A stretch of DNA of 60,440 nt, filler included, from an uncultured virus (IMG/VR IMGVR_UViG_2124908030_000016) (taxonomy: Duplodnaviria > Heunggongvirae > Uroviricota > Caudoviricetes). It is 12 parts of one record of this genome, joined end to end, with 100 filler letters (N's around TTAATTAATTAA, not from the genome) between each part and the next. Parts side by side here need not be neighbours in the genome. Positions count along the whole stretch, not along the records: positions 57,905 to 60,440 come from IMGVR_UViG_2124908030_000016; 11 more parts are not named here. One strand, given 5' to 3'. Position 1 is the stretch's first letter, and the number at the start of each line of letters is the position of its first letter. Position numbers and translations under genes: made by a program. This document shows positions 59,972-60,440 of this stretch, in pieces. The notes below the pieces were generated by a model that saw nothing but the letters and a program-made list of their open reading frames with translations, was not told the DNA's origin and ran no database searches.

Positions 59972-60440
59972 CTACAGATCGTTCAGTCGAAGCTGCTCGG
60001 TATCGTCCAGTCCTTCAACGAGTGCGTCATCTTCGCGTTCGGCAATCGTTTCACGGAGCTCGTCGAGTCGTTGTTCGACGAGTTGCTCGTGAAGATCACA
60101 GAACTGCGCCCAGAGATCGTCTCGATCCTCGAGCCAGTCGTGACTCGACGAGATCTCCCAGTCCTGGCGATCGGGGTTCATCCGGATGATCTCCAGTCGG
60201 TCGACCGTGATGGGAATTGCGTGTGCATACGCAGTGAGCTGGATGAGATTCTTGTCGTACACTCCCTTTCCTGTCTTGAAGTCAGCGAGAACAGTCTCGT
60301 TGTGTTCTTGATCCTGATACAGAAGGTCGAACTGCCCTGCGTATCCGAGATCCCGGTTGACAACGAATCGCTCGATTTCGATGATATAGTCGAAGTTCGC
60401 GACCCGGTTGATCAGCTTCCACACACCATCGACCCAGTCT
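59972..60440 (-). CDS. PD-(D/E)XK (RecB/Cas4-like) exonuclease, 5' end outside the window
   Basis: IE, YAGQFDL, LADFKTG, QLTAYA. Confidence 0.85.
   Translation of the reverse strand, partial: DWVDGVWKLINRVANFDYIIEIERFVVNRDLGYAGQFDLLYQDQEHNETVLADFKTGKGVYDKNLIQLTAYAHAIPITVDRLEIIRMNPDRQDWEISSSHDWLEDRDDLWAQFCDLHEQLVEQRLDELRETIAEREDDALVEGLDDTEQLRLNDL

Noticed and set aside
59972..60440. CRISPR-associated cas4
   Set aside because: No Fe-S cysteine cluster or cas neighbours are visible; a generic viral PD-(D/E)XK exonuclease.

Overview
This window looks like a gapped draft of a large tailed haloarchaeal virus (Caudoviricetes-type, possibly a provirus or plasmid-virus). The proteome is acidic and the promoters are archaeal. 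Eleven artificial N-TTAATTAATTAA-N linkers and several 20-N gaps interrupt it, so adjacency across linkers is unproven, although polB spans one linker in the correct order. From left to right it holds: virion genes (LamG and FN3 proteins, putative small terminase); a 2.4-kb GC-rich, largely non-coding block full of hairpins and repeats; a 7-deazaguanine DNA-modification set (queC, yhhQ, two different TGT/DpdA-like genes, a DUF6884-like protein, NDT-like N-glycosidases and an Nmad1/MazG-like enzyme); a ubiquitin-like gene overlapping a Dam-type methylase; an rIIA-like GHKL protein with an in-frame TAG; a plasmid-like parA module with an orphan PD-(D/E)XK nuclease; replication and nucleotide genes (AAA+ helicase-like protein, ThyX, intein-bearing NrdJ and PolB, Dcd, Hjc, exonucleases); two RNA ligases (RtcB and Rnl2-like); and two canonical tRNAs, Asn(GTT) and Thr(TGT). 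The strongest unexplained signals are a series of tRNA mimics (one with no anticodon arm) placed just before start codons, a 17-bp dyad motif at a fixed position in about 15 promoters, a covarying hairpin-repeat array at 8.8-9.1 kb, a 33-bp element repeated 20 kb apart, and the doubled deazaguanine transglycosylase system. All family calls come from motif recognition by eye; no searches were run.
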